From: Fervidobacterium sp.
GTDB lineage: Bacteria; Thermotogota; Thermotogae; Thermotogales; Fervidobacteriaceae
Length of the DNA: 52,306 nt
Assembly (NCBI GenBank): GCA_049970055.1
Contig: JBMFNR010000002.1
Coordinates: 1 to 52,306 of the forward strand
Reading direction: 5' to 3'
Under the pieces are notes generated by a model, which did no database searches, had not been told where the DNA came from, and saw only the letters and a program-made list of their open reading frames with translations. The translations under genes and the position numbers were made by a program. Every line of letters begins with the position of its first letter. Positions within the stretch are counted from its first letter, which is position 1. Of the stretch, positions 1-8,496 are shown one piece after another.

Positions 1-126
1 CTTGCAGTCTTTACAAAAGAAGATTTGGTTTTTGAACTTATCATGACCGTTTTTGATGAAGTTAGAAGAGCCGCAATGAGGGCATTTGAGTTGGACATTA
101 GCCATATCGGGATACCTCCTTATTGA
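1..126 (+). CDS. 3' end of a gene entering from outside the window (…LAVFTKEDLVFELIMTVFDEVRRAAMRAFELDISHIGIPPY*)
   Basis: Frame 1 is open from base 1 to TGA at 124-126 and is followed by a small GC hairpin. Product not identifiable. Confidence 0.55.
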   Translation, partial: LAVFTKEDLVFELIMTVFDEVRRAAMRAFELDISHIGIPPY

Positions 127-315
127 GAGTATATTGGGGGGTGTCCCCTATTTAAGAAGATAATATGGTTTTTGAAATTTATCAATACCTTTGGTTAACA
201 AAATCCTAATTGATCCGGGGGGTTTTTGTTTGTTTGTTTGCTTTTTTTACGACACGTTAACAAAACAATTGCAATTCAATAAAAAAAGTTAAGAATATAA
301 GTTTTGGAGCAATTG

Positions 316-324
316 TGATATAAT
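316..324 (+). promoter_or_regulatory. Putative extended -10 promoter (TG-A-TATAAT) for the GGDEF gene
   Basis: tgatataat lies ~35 nt upstream of ATG 360; GGGGTG RBS-like motif precedes the start. Confidence 0.45.
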
Positions 325-359
325 TGTTATAAAAGTAACTGGGATGCTGGGGTGATTTT

Positions 360-1874
360 ATGAGAAACACAAAGTTTAGTATTAAAATACTGTTTTTAAC
401 AATTATAGCGATAGGTACATTTGCACTATTTGATTTATTACTTGAGATTGCCACGAAGCCTCGAGATGTTGTAATTGGGGAGTGGAATTATGAAATTCCG
501 TTTTTTCAAAGAATCGAAAGACCGAGTAAGATTGAACTTATTGGGAAATTTGGTATATCAGATTTTGATAAAGATTACGCGTTAGTTATCCAAAAGGTTA
601 TAGCGAATAGGATAGAAATATATGTAAACGGTAATTTTTTAAATGCATTTGGTGACAAAGAAAGCGGGAACCTTTGGCCAGCTGCCTTTGTTCAAGAAAT
701 ACCAAAGAATGTATTAAAACAGGGAAACGAATTAAGATTAGTCCTCTATGGTGTAGTCGGATATGGTTTATCATATAAACCGTATGTCACAGACGTAAAA
801 AATGCTAGAACAACTACATATTGGATACGTCTTTTAAGGAATGATATCGGAATAATATCAGTGGGGATGATCGCTATTATCGCGTATTTTCTTATTTTTG
901 CATATGCAGTTGTTGATACATTTGAAAGAAAAAGTTATCTCTACATAGGTTTTGGAATGATTTTCACAATTCTATCATTATCACAATTTGTTTATCGTGA
1001 AACAACAGGCAGTCAGATTATTTACTTGCTTGCAGAAATTTCAAGCTTGGTTTTTCCGGCTTTTGGAATCGTGTTTATATATTTCGGATTGAAGGAATCA
1101 ACAAAACCATTAAGGCGTTTTGAAAAGATTCTGCTATTGATCTTTCCAACAGTCTTTGCAATCGCTTTATTCTCAGCACCAAGTGGTGACAACATAAATA
1201 AGTTGCTGAATTTTATAGATCTTTACGCCTTTGCAATGATGTTTGTTGTTCTTTGGAATATAATAAAGTATAAGCTGATTAATTACTATTTTCCGACGAT
1301 ATTTCTCATCTTAACGGCTCTCCAAACGCTTTATGTCATAACATCTCAACTTCCAAGCGAACTTACAATTGTTTACGGAAGAATTATCTTTGCCACTTAC
1401 ATAGGCACATTAACTGTGAGAAAGTTCAAGCATATATCCGAAAGTAAAAAGTTCTTCGAGAGGGAGAATTTAATAGACAAATTGACAGAAACATACAACA
1501 GGAAGATAATAGATCACGTAAAACCAAGTGGGATTCTCATTCTTTTTGACCTTGATGGGTTTAAGGAAATAAATGACAAATACGGACATATCTACGGTGA
1601 TGAAATATTGAAAAAATTCGCTCAAATCGTAAAAAAACACATCAGACATGGAGAAGATTACTTTATAAGATTAGGTGGGGATGAGTTTTGTATAATAACA
1701 AACTCAGAAGATGTGAGTGGTATGATGGAAAGAATTTATAATGTATCCCGCAACGAAATTGGATTAGGTTTTTCATACGGATTCGCATCCCTTGATGGAA
1801 ATACATTTGACAATGCATATGCAATTGCAGACAAGATGATGTATGAAAATAAGTCGAAAAAGCAAAAATACTAG
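360..1874 (+). CDS. Membrane-bound diguanylate cyclase (extracytoplasmic beta-sandwich, ~7 TM helices, GGDEF domain)
   Basis: DKLTETYNR, FDLDGFKEINDKYGHIYGDEIL, RLGGDEF and ADKMMY motifs; N-terminal TM, soluble domain, then multiple hydrophobic segments. Confidence 0.9.
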   Translation: MRNTKFSIKILFLTIIAIGTFALFDLLLEIATKPRDVVIGEWNYEIPFFQRIERPSKIELIGKFGISDFDKDYALVIQKVIANRIEIYVNGNFLNAFGDKESGNLWPAAFVQEIPKNVLKQGNELRLVLYGVVGYGLSYKPYVTDVKNARTTTYWIRLLRNDIGIISVGMIAIIAYFLIFAYAVVDTFERKSYLYIGFGMIFTILSLSQFVYRETTGSQIIYLLAEISSLVFPAFGIVFIYFGLKESTKPLRRFEKILLLIFPTVFAIALFSAPSGDNINKLLNFIDLYAFAMMFVVLWNIIKYKLINYYFPTIFLILTALQTLYVITSQLPSELTIVYGRIIFATYIGTLTVRKFKHISESKKFFERENLIDKLTETYNRKIIDHVKPSGILILFDLDGFKEINDKYGHIYGDEILKKFAQIVKKHIRHGEDYFIRLGGDEFCIITNSEDVSGMMERIYNVSRNEIGLGFSYGFASLDGNTFDNAYAIADKMMYENKSKKQKY

Positions 1875-1939
1875 GAGAACCATAGTAACTTGACTGAAAT
1901 CTAAAGTATAAATATCAACTCGAATTAATCTCACCGGGG

Positions 1940-2737
1940 GTGAGGAATGTGAAAAAAGTATTTTCCCTGCTGTTTATATTTTTAACTGCAATTATACTCT
2001 TGGCACAGCAATTTGTGATTGTCAAAACTGTCGAAGCTTCTCTCCCAGATTCGCTTTATAAATCAACTGGTACAAAAACTTTTAACGTGCAGTATTTAAA
2101 GTTATTCTCGGAGGACGTTAAGGCATATATTATCAAAGCCTGGTATTTTAAACCGGGAAATGATGTTATTAAATTCGACGTCAAGATCTTAGATGAAAGC
2201 GCAAAGAAAGAATACAAATACGAATTTCGAGGCATCAGGGACAGATCGTACATTAGACTTAAGCCTATCTTCGTTTTGTGCCCGAGTAATATGAAGATAT
2301 ACATCAACAACGTATTAATACCAGAAGAGAGGGAAAAAAATCCCGAAGAGGCTGTGAGTCCTACAGCGAGCGATATTGGAGGTCCTATGGTGAGAATACT
2401 TCAAAGGTCTAATGATAGTTTCAAAGAAATTACCGAGGGAATGTACGCCACCAGCAGTGAGGAGATCTTTGTACAAATTATAGCAGGAACGTTCCCAACG
2501 GGTGGGTACAGAATCGAATTAGATGATCCAGATATCGTTTTCCCCGTTAGTGAAAAGCGTGGCAAGATAACCATAACAGGTACATTTTACAGACCTGGGA
2601 AAGGCGATATGGTTACGCAAGCGTTTACGACACCATCGAAAACAATATCGCTTGGCAAATTACCAGAAGGAGATTACGATATATATGTAAATATAAAAGA
2701 TCTTGGAGAATTTTTAGCTACACTTCGGGTAAAATAA
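1940..2737 (+). CDS. Secreted protein with C-terminal PrcB_C-like domain
   Basis: Signal peptide; GTFPTGGYRIEL and PGKGDMVTQAFTTP match the PrcB C-terminal family pattern. Confidence 0.65.
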   Translation: MRNVKKVFSLLFIFLTAIILLAQQFVIVKTVEASLPDSLYKSTGTKTFNVQYLKLFSEDVKAYIIKAWYFKPGNDVIKFDVKILDESAKKEYKYEFRGIRDRSYIRLKPIFVLCPSNMKIYINNVLIPEEREKNPEEAVSPTASDIGGPMVRILQRSNDSFKEITEGMYATSSEEIFVQIIAGTFPTGGYRIELDDPDIVFPVSEKRGKITITGTFYRPGKGDMVTQAFTTPSKTISLGKLPEGDYDIYVNIKDLGEFLATLRVK

Positions 2738-2811
2738 GAACTTGTCCAGAGATAATAAAAAATTTGTAAGAAAGTGCGTGAGAGAGTTAAGAGAATACGA
2801 GGTGCTTGAAA

Positions 2812-3705
2812 ATGGAAAACATAGTTCTTTCTGGAAAGGTCCGAAAAGCGCTGGAAAGCAATACTCCCGTTATTGCGCTTGAAAGTACCGTTATCGCACA
2901 TGGCTTGCCCTATCCTCATAACGTAGAAACAGCGAAAATTCTTGAAGATATCGCGTGGAAAAATGGTGTGGTTCCAGCGACGATAGGCATACTGAAAGGT
3001 AAAATCATCGTCGGTATGTCCGATGAAGAAATAAATCAGATGCTAAAAGATGAACCTTTAAAGATTGGCACAAGAGAAATTGCGTACGCAGTTGGCGTAA
3101 AAAAGAGTGCTGCAACTACCGTCAGTGCAACTATGCGTATCGCAAGAATTGTAGGTATCGACGTCTTTGCAACGGGTGGTATTGGTGGTGTACACGTTGG
3201 TGACTGGGATGTTTCGCAAGATATAACAGAGATGGCAAAAAGTGACGTTATTGTTGTTAGCGCGGGGTGCAAGTCTATACTCGATGTAAAGAAGACGATC
3301 GAATTTCTTGAAACATTTCAAGTCACTGTTTTAGGTTACAAAACAAATAGATTCCCCATATTTTACGAAGGATTGTCAGATTTCACATTGGAACACCGAG
3401 TGGACAGCCCTGAAGAAGTAACAAAGGTGTTCAAAGCAAAAAGAGAACTTGGCATCGAAGGAGCATTGCTCGTCGCCAATCCAATCCCCGAAGAATTCTC
3501 AATTTCAGAGCAAGAAGTTGAGGGTTATATTAGGCAAGCGTTAAATGAGTGTTTTGAAAAAGGTATCTCGGGTAAATTGGTGACACCTTATCTTCTTTCA
3601 AGAATTGCAGAACTTAGCAACGGCAAAACATTGAAAGCAAATATAGAATTACTCAAAAATAATGTGCATCTAGCATGTCAAATAGCCAAAAGTCTAAAAG
3701 AGTAG
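2812..3705 (+). CDS. psuG: Pseudouridine-5'-phosphate glycosidase (PsuG/IndA family)
   Basis: ALESTVIAHGLPYP, ATTVSATM, FATGGIGGVH, DVSQD, KSILD, GKLVTPYLL. GAGGTG RBS favours ATG 2812 over TTG 2806. Confidence 0.93.
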   Translation: MENIVLSGKVRKALESNTPVIALESTVIAHGLPYPHNVETAKILEDIAWKNGVVPATIGILKGKIIVGMSDEEINQMLKDEPLKIGTREIAYAVGVKKSAATTVSATMRIARIVGIDVFATGGIGGVHVGDWDVSQDITEMAKSDVIVVSAGCKSILDVKKTIEFLETFQVTVLGYKTNRFPIFYEGLSDFTLEHRVDSPEEVTKVFKAKRELGIEGALLVANPIPEEFSISEQEVEGYIRQALNECFEKGISGKLVTPYLLSRIAELSNGKTLKANIELLKNNVHLACQIAKSLKE

Positions 3706-4559
3706 GCCCCAAGATAGAACAGAAACTAACGCTTACACGAAAAGAATACATATATCTCCAGGTGCTTGAAGCACCAATTTATTTTTTGTCGCAAAAATAC
3801 GAAACAAAAGAAAAGTTGATCTCAGAGGCCGATTATTACGCCTCACCGCGAAATCTTCATGAAGAACTTGAAATGCTAATACCATTCCTGGGACTCCCTG
3901 AAGAGGAAGAACACATAGCAGAGTATGTTGTATACAATATAGACAGCAAGGGCAAACTTAGAATAAATGCCAACGAACTTGCGGAAAGATTTAACATCTC
4001 GATTGAAAAAGCTCAAAAGATAATAGATACAATTTACGAAGCTTTTTCAGAAGAAATTCAACAACTTTCTTCGGAAAGAGAAAATGATTACATCTTACCC
4101 GATGTAACAATCACAGAAAGTGAAATCATAGTTAAAAGAATAGAAGTAAAAGATCCAATCATTTCTAAGGCTTTACAGATGCGAGAGGAAACTTTACGGA
4201 AAATATGTGAGATAGTAAAGAGTGTTAACGAGCCATTTTTTAAAGGTTACAGAAAATATCCTCAGATTCTTACTATGCGGTATGTATCTAAACTTTTAGG
4301 ACTCAACATTTCAACAATCAGCAGGGCAGTTAGAAATAAGTATGTAAACACTCCAAGAGGTGTATTACCACTGCGAATATTCTTCGGAAGAATTCTTAAC
4401 CCACAGCTGATAATAAACGAAATAAACGAACTTCTTAAAATCGATAGCAATCTTACAGATAAACAGCTATCTATACTACTGAAATCAACGGGTATAAACA
4501 TTTCCAGAAGAACTGTAAATAAGTACAGAAGACTCAGTAAGCTCAAAGGTGAGGAGTGA
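3675..4559 (+). CDS. rpoN: Compact sigma-54 (RpoN)-like factor, 294 aa
   Basis: Region-I-like N-terminus (IEQKLTLT…LQVLEAP), core-binding fragment (IAEYVVYNIDSKGKL), HTH (LGLNISTISRAVRNKYVNTPRGVLPLRIFF) and RpoN box (SRRTVNKYRR). Confidence 0.82.
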   Translation: MSNSQKSKRVGPKIEQKLTLTRKEYIYLQVLEAPIYFLSQKYETKEKLISEADYYASPRNLHEELEMLIPFLGLPEEEEHIAEYVVYNIDSKGKLRINANELAERFNISIEKAQKIIDTIYEAFSEEIQQLSSERENDYILPDVTITESEIIVKRIEVKDPIISKALQMREETLRKICEIVKSVNEPFFKGYRKYPQILTMRYVSKLLGLNISTISRAVRNKYVNTPRGVLPLRIFFGRILNPQLIINEINELLKIDSNLTDKQLSILLKSTGINISRRTVNKYRRLSKLKGEE

Positions 4560-5155
4560 AAATTATGAAATTGTTGTTTGTTAGCGACACACACGGTTCA
4601 ATGAGAGCCTGGAAAGATATTGAGAAGAACTTTAAACTTGACGAATTCGATGGAATTTTTCATCTTGGCGATGTACTTTACCATGGGCCAAGAAATCCTA
4701 TTCCAGACGAATACGATCCAAAGGAACTCGCGGAAAGGTTGAAAAATTTCAACATAAATTACATAAGGGGAAATTGCGATGCGGATGTAGACTTGAAAGT
4801 ACTTGGAGTTGAGGAGATGCCAAAGATTTCCATGGAGTATTTTGGTGACTTCTCCTTTTTGCTTGTCCATGGTGAAATATTCGAAGAAAACGATGTGAAA
4901 GAATTTTTAAAAGATAAGAACGTGCATTTTTTGATTCACGGTCACACGCATATTGCAAAGATAGAAGAAATGAATGGTCAGTACGTTATTAATCCAGGTA
5001 GTACAACTCTACCAAAGGGAAATACACCAAGAAGCGTTATGGTTATGGAAGTCAACGAAGAACACTTGCACGTTAAGTTTTATAACTTGGACAGTGGGCA
5101 GGTGTACATCGAAAAAATATGGACATTGAAAGGTTCAAAACTATCGATGGAATAA
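4556..5155 (+). CDS. yfcE: YfcE-family metallophosphoesterase (phosphodiesterase)
   Basis: SDTHGS, GDVLYHGPRNP, RGNCDA, HG, HGHTH, NPGS motifs. Confidence 0.88.
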   Translation: MKIMKLLFVSDTHGSMRAWKDIEKNFKLDEFDGIFHLGDVLYHGPRNPIPDEYDPKELAERLKNFNINYIRGNCDADVDLKVLGVEEMPKISMEYFGDFSFLLVHGEIFEENDVKEFLKDKNVHFLIHGHTHIAKIEEMNGQYVINPGSTTLPKGNTPRSVMVMEVNEEHLHVKFYNLDSGQVYIEKIWTLKGSKLSME

Positions 5156-5721
5156 TCGAGGAAAAAATAAATATTGAACGGTCTATCTTTATAGCAACGA
5201 TTTCCCATGCCAATAACGAAAAACAGACAAAAGAATTTATTTCAATTATTTCTAAGAGATACCAAAACGCAACTCATAATTGCCCTGCTTACAGGTTGAT
5301 AGTCCACGGTGAAATTATCGAATTTTCATCCGATGCTGGAGAACCTTCGGGGAGTGCTGGCCTTCCAATGTTAAATACTCTACGAAAAAACGAATTGCTT
5401 AACGTAGCCGTTATTGTGACAAGATACTTTGGTGGTGTGAAACTTGGGGTACGTGGTTTGATTGAAGCTTATTCCAAAGCGGTACAAAAGGTTATTGATA
5501 AAGCACTAGAAATAGGAAGCATAGTTGTGAAACAAAGAGCATATAAACAAAAATTAAAGATAGATTTTCTTTCCTACGGAAAGAAAATGCAACAACTGAG
5601 CTATATGGGGGTTACGATACTTGATATTTCTTACACGGAGGCTTATGCTTATCTTGAGGTATTACATGATAAACCGCTTGAGATGAGTGAAGTTGAAAGC
5701 ATAGAGGAAATATACATATAA
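5119..5721 (+). CDS. yigZ: YigZ/IMPACT family protein
   Basis: ATHNCPAY, SDAGEPSGSAGLPML, VTRYFGGVKLGVRGLIEAY. Confidence 0.88.
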   Translation: MDIERFKTIDGIIEEKINIERSIFIATISHANNEKQTKEFISIISKRYQNATHNCPAYRLIVHGEIIEFSSDAGEPSGSAGLPMLNTLRKNELLNVAVIVTRYFGGVKLGVRGLIEAYSKAVQKVIDKALEIGSIVVKQRAYKQKLKIDFLSYGKKMQQLSYMGVTILDISYTEAYAYLEVLHDKPLEMSEVESIEEIYI

Positions 5722-5734
5722 GGAGGCATAAAAA

Positions 5735-6937
5735 ATGGTTTCAAAAAGAGCACAAGAAACCCCCGCAAGTCCAATAAGAAGGTTGGTTCCGTATGCTGAC
5801 GAAGCTAAGAAACGTGGAATACAGATTTACTATCTTAATATCGGACAACCAGATATCAAGACACCGAAGGTTTGGTATGAATACATAGACAAATTCAGGC
5901 CAGACGTAGTGGCATACACACATTCACAAGGTTTATTAGAACTCCGTGAAGCTTTTTCAAAATATTATGAGCACCATGGTATACATGTTACACCTGATGA
6001 GATAATGGTCACAAACGGTGGTAGTGAAGCAATAATGTTTGCACTCGGTGTTGTTTGCGATCCAGGCGATGAGGTGATCACAATAGAACCATTCTACGCA
6101 AACTATATGGGATTTGCCTCTTATCTAAACGTTAGACTTGTACCTGTGACGGCTCATCCGGAAGACGGTTACAGATTACCGCCAAGAAGTGAGTTCGAAA
6201 AAGTTGTTTCGCCAAAAACAAAAGCAATCCTCTTTTCGAATCCATCCAATCCAGCAGGTACCGTTTACACATACGAAGAGATGAAACAGATTGTTGACTT
6301 TGCTAAAGCGCATAACCTTATTATAATATCTGACGAAGTGTATAGAGAATTCACTTTCGACGGAAGAAAGCATATATCCGCATTTCACTTTGAAGGCATT
6401 GAGGAACAACTAATAATGGTCGATAGTATATCGAAAAGATACAGTGCATGTGGTGCCAGGATTGGTACGTTTGTTACAAAGAACAAAGAATTCTATAAAA
6501 ACGCCATGAAATTCGCTCAAGCAAGGTTATGTCCAGCTGAAATAACACAATACGGTGCCATTGGACTACTTACTTTAGGTGAGGATTACACAAACGAGGT
6601 GAGAGACGAATATCAAAAAAGAAGAGATGCAACATACCAAGCGATGAAGGAAATACCAGGTGTTGTTGTACACAAGCCAGAAGGTGCGTTTTATCTTTCG
6701 GCAAAATTACCAGTTGATAATGCGGAAGATTTTATCATCTGGATGCTAAGAGAATTCAACGTAGATGGAAAAACAACAATGGTATCACCTTTGAGTGGAT
6801 TTTACGCAACCGTTGGAGCGGGAATGAGCGAAATAAGAATTGCATACGTACTTGAGGCAGAAAAGTTGGCAGAAGCCGTAAAAATACTTGGTGAAGGTAT
6901 TAAGGAATATAAAAATAAAAACTATAAAAACAAATAA
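5735..6937 (+). CDS. PLP-dependent class I/II aminotransferase (aspartate aminotransferase-like)
   Basis: LNIGQPD, NPSNPAG, SDEVYREF, DSISKRYSACGARIG (PLP lysine), PEGAFY; strong AGGAGG RBS. Confidence 0.92.
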   Translation: MVSKRAQETPASPIRRLVPYADEAKKRGIQIYYLNIGQPDIKTPKVWYEYIDKFRPDVVAYTHSQGLLELREAFSKYYEHHGIHVTPDEIMVTNGGSEAIMFALGVVCDPGDEVITIEPFYANYMGFASYLNVRLVPVTAHPEDGYRLPPRSEFEKVVSPKTKAILFSNPSNPAGTVYTYEEMKQIVDFAKAHNLIIISDEVYREFTFDGRKHISAFHFEGIEEQLIMVDSISKRYSACGARIGTFVTKNKEFYKNAMKFAQARLCPAEITQYGAIGLLTLGEDYTNEVRDEYQKRRDATYQAMKEIPGVVVHKPEGAFYLSAKLPVDNAEDFIIWMLREFNVDGKTTMVSPLSGFYATVGAGMSEIRIAYVLEAEKLAEAVKILGEGIKEYKNKNYKNK

Positions 6938-7004
6938 AATAATTAAAAAATTTTCTTTTCGTTTCCATATTCCTGAGCGTAGTCAAAAACAATAAAAGGC
7001 TAAG

Positions 7005-7053
7005 AAAAACACCCCTTCAACAGTTTAACTATATCGATTGAGGGGGTGTTTTT
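7005..7053. terminator. Bidirectional intrinsic terminator between convergent genes
   Basis: aaaaacaccccttcaa-N17-ttgagggggtgttttt: 16-bp stem with one G-U pair, A and T tracts at the ends. Confidence 0.75.
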
Positions 7054-7078
7054 ATTTATTCGTTAGGATACTTGTATT

Positions 7079-8305
7079 TCACCATTGGTTAAGTACCTTG
7101 AGATTATTTTTTGGTACAAAGCAATCCTTAAGTGTACCATTTGATGAAGTTACAACGATTCCTTGGACAAAATATTTATCTTCCAAATTAAATTTCTCAA
7201 AATCCCCAGTAATCTTTGGAAAGTTGTAATTATTCGAAATAGCCTGGAGGTACCCGGAAGAAATGTAAACTTTGTAATATACATCAACTATTGGAAAGCC
7301 CCAATCACTCACATCTTTATATCTTTTAACATCCAAAAGGTAAAAAGTTGTACTTAATCCTGAAACACTTGCGTTATGGGGTGTTATGGAAATTCTCATG
7401 CCATCCGTCGTTGTTTGAGTTGAAAGGATTGTTTCTGAAAGTTTTGTAGGATTAATCGTGGCTGTTGCAAATGGGGAACTTGAGGGATAATCGCTTTGGT
7501 ATTGATAGTAATCAAAGTTGTTTACCCAATCTCCGTAGCTGAAATTATATAAATCTGATGATGTTTTCAACGAAGCTGGAATTTTGTGAAGATCTCCATT
7601 CGTATTCCTCGTACCAAATACATGACTTGTACCGCCAACAATCCAATTCAAATAAATATTTTGAAAAACTTGTGCTGGTTCTACGTCTTTGAGGTCCGAA
7701 TCGTTCAAAGTAACAATCTTGTCAGAATTAATTTCTAAATTTCTTATTATAGCTATTTTCTCAACACCTGCTTCACTCCATGGAGTACCAACAAAAATCA
7801 CTGCATCACCCTTGCCCTTTGGAATACCATCGGCAATTAATCCTCCAGATTCTATTATTGGAAATCTGTGTTCGTGCAAGAAAAAGAAAGATGCTTGTTT
7901 TCCATTATATGAGCTTGAAAGATTCACTGTAATTGTTGAAACATCTTCTTGTGTTGCCGTGAACGGTCCGAGAAATACACTGTTTGTTTCGCTAAGTTTT
8001 GTGTTGAAAAATATAACTTCGGAAGCTTCGTTGTATGTTTTATCCACACCTACTACAGAGTACAAACCATCTGGGTCTTTAACTTCAAATTTATAAATTC
8101 CATTGCTTCCAGTGAGCTTAGTCCATGTACCATTTAACCCATCTTTTGCATAAACAAGTTCTATATTTGTTATATGACCATGCTTGTTCGTTTGTACGGT
8201 TACAACATTTGTAGCCGGTGTTCCACCATTGGGAACGCATGAGAATATCGTAAAAATTAGCAAAAGAACAACTACAACTAATTCTAAATAAAGGTCTTTT
8301 CTCAT
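7079..8305 (-). CDS. Uncharacterised lipoprotein, beta-rich
   Basis: Hydrophobic signal ending in IFSC lipobox; AAGGTG RBS; 408-aa ORF with no recognised catalytic motif. Confidence 0.7.
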   Translation of the reverse strand: MRKDLYLELVVVVLLLIFTIFSCVPNGGTPATNVVTVQTNKHGHITNIELVYAKDGLNGTWTKLTGSNGIYKFEVKDPDGLYSVVGVDKTYNEASEVIFFNTKLSETNSVFLGPFTATQEDVSTITVNLSSSYNGKQASFFFLHEHRFPIIESGGLIADGIPKGKGDAVIFVGTPWSEAGVEKIAIIRNLEINSDKIVTLNDSDLKDVEPAQVFQNIYLNWIVGGTSHVFGTRNTNGDLHKIPASLKTSSDLYNFSYGDWVNNFDYYQYQSDYPSSSPFATATINPTKLSETILSTQTTTDGMRISITPHNASVSGLSTTFYLLDVKRYKDVSDWGFPIVDVYYKVYISSGYLQAISNNYNFPKITGDFEKFNLEDKYFVQGIVVTSSNGTLKDCFVPKNNLKVLNQW

Positions 8306-8443
8306 AAACTCACCTTCTCCTTTTTATTTTTACCATTCAAGATGGTATCTTCTCGAACAGCAGTATACTTTTTAGACAGATAAAACTTGAAAACGTTCAA
8401 TACTAAACACATATAAAACATAAAAGTTAGCAAAAAACGCAAC

Positions 8444-8480
8444 AAAAAAGCACTTCCCCTCTTTGGAGAAGTGCTTTTTT
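8444..8480 (-). terminator. Intrinsic terminator downstream of the CBM48 gene
   Basis: aaaaaagcacttc…gaagtgctttttt inverted repeat just after the stop at 8497. Confidence 0.8.
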
Positions 8481-8496
8481 TCTTTTTGTAGTATTT

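Noticed and set aside
196..250. Imperfect hairpin plus (TTTG)n run as a structured RNA or microsatellite
   Set aside because: Short and imperfect; at most a terminator for the upstream partial gene. No riboswitch consensus, including c-di-GMP, was recognised.
2001..2017. TGGCAC-N5-TTTGT as a sigma-54 -24/-12 promoter (also TGGCAC near 3066)
   Set aside because: Inside coding sequence, and the -12 TTGC is missing or wrongly spaced. No convincing sigma-54 promoter was seen by eye.
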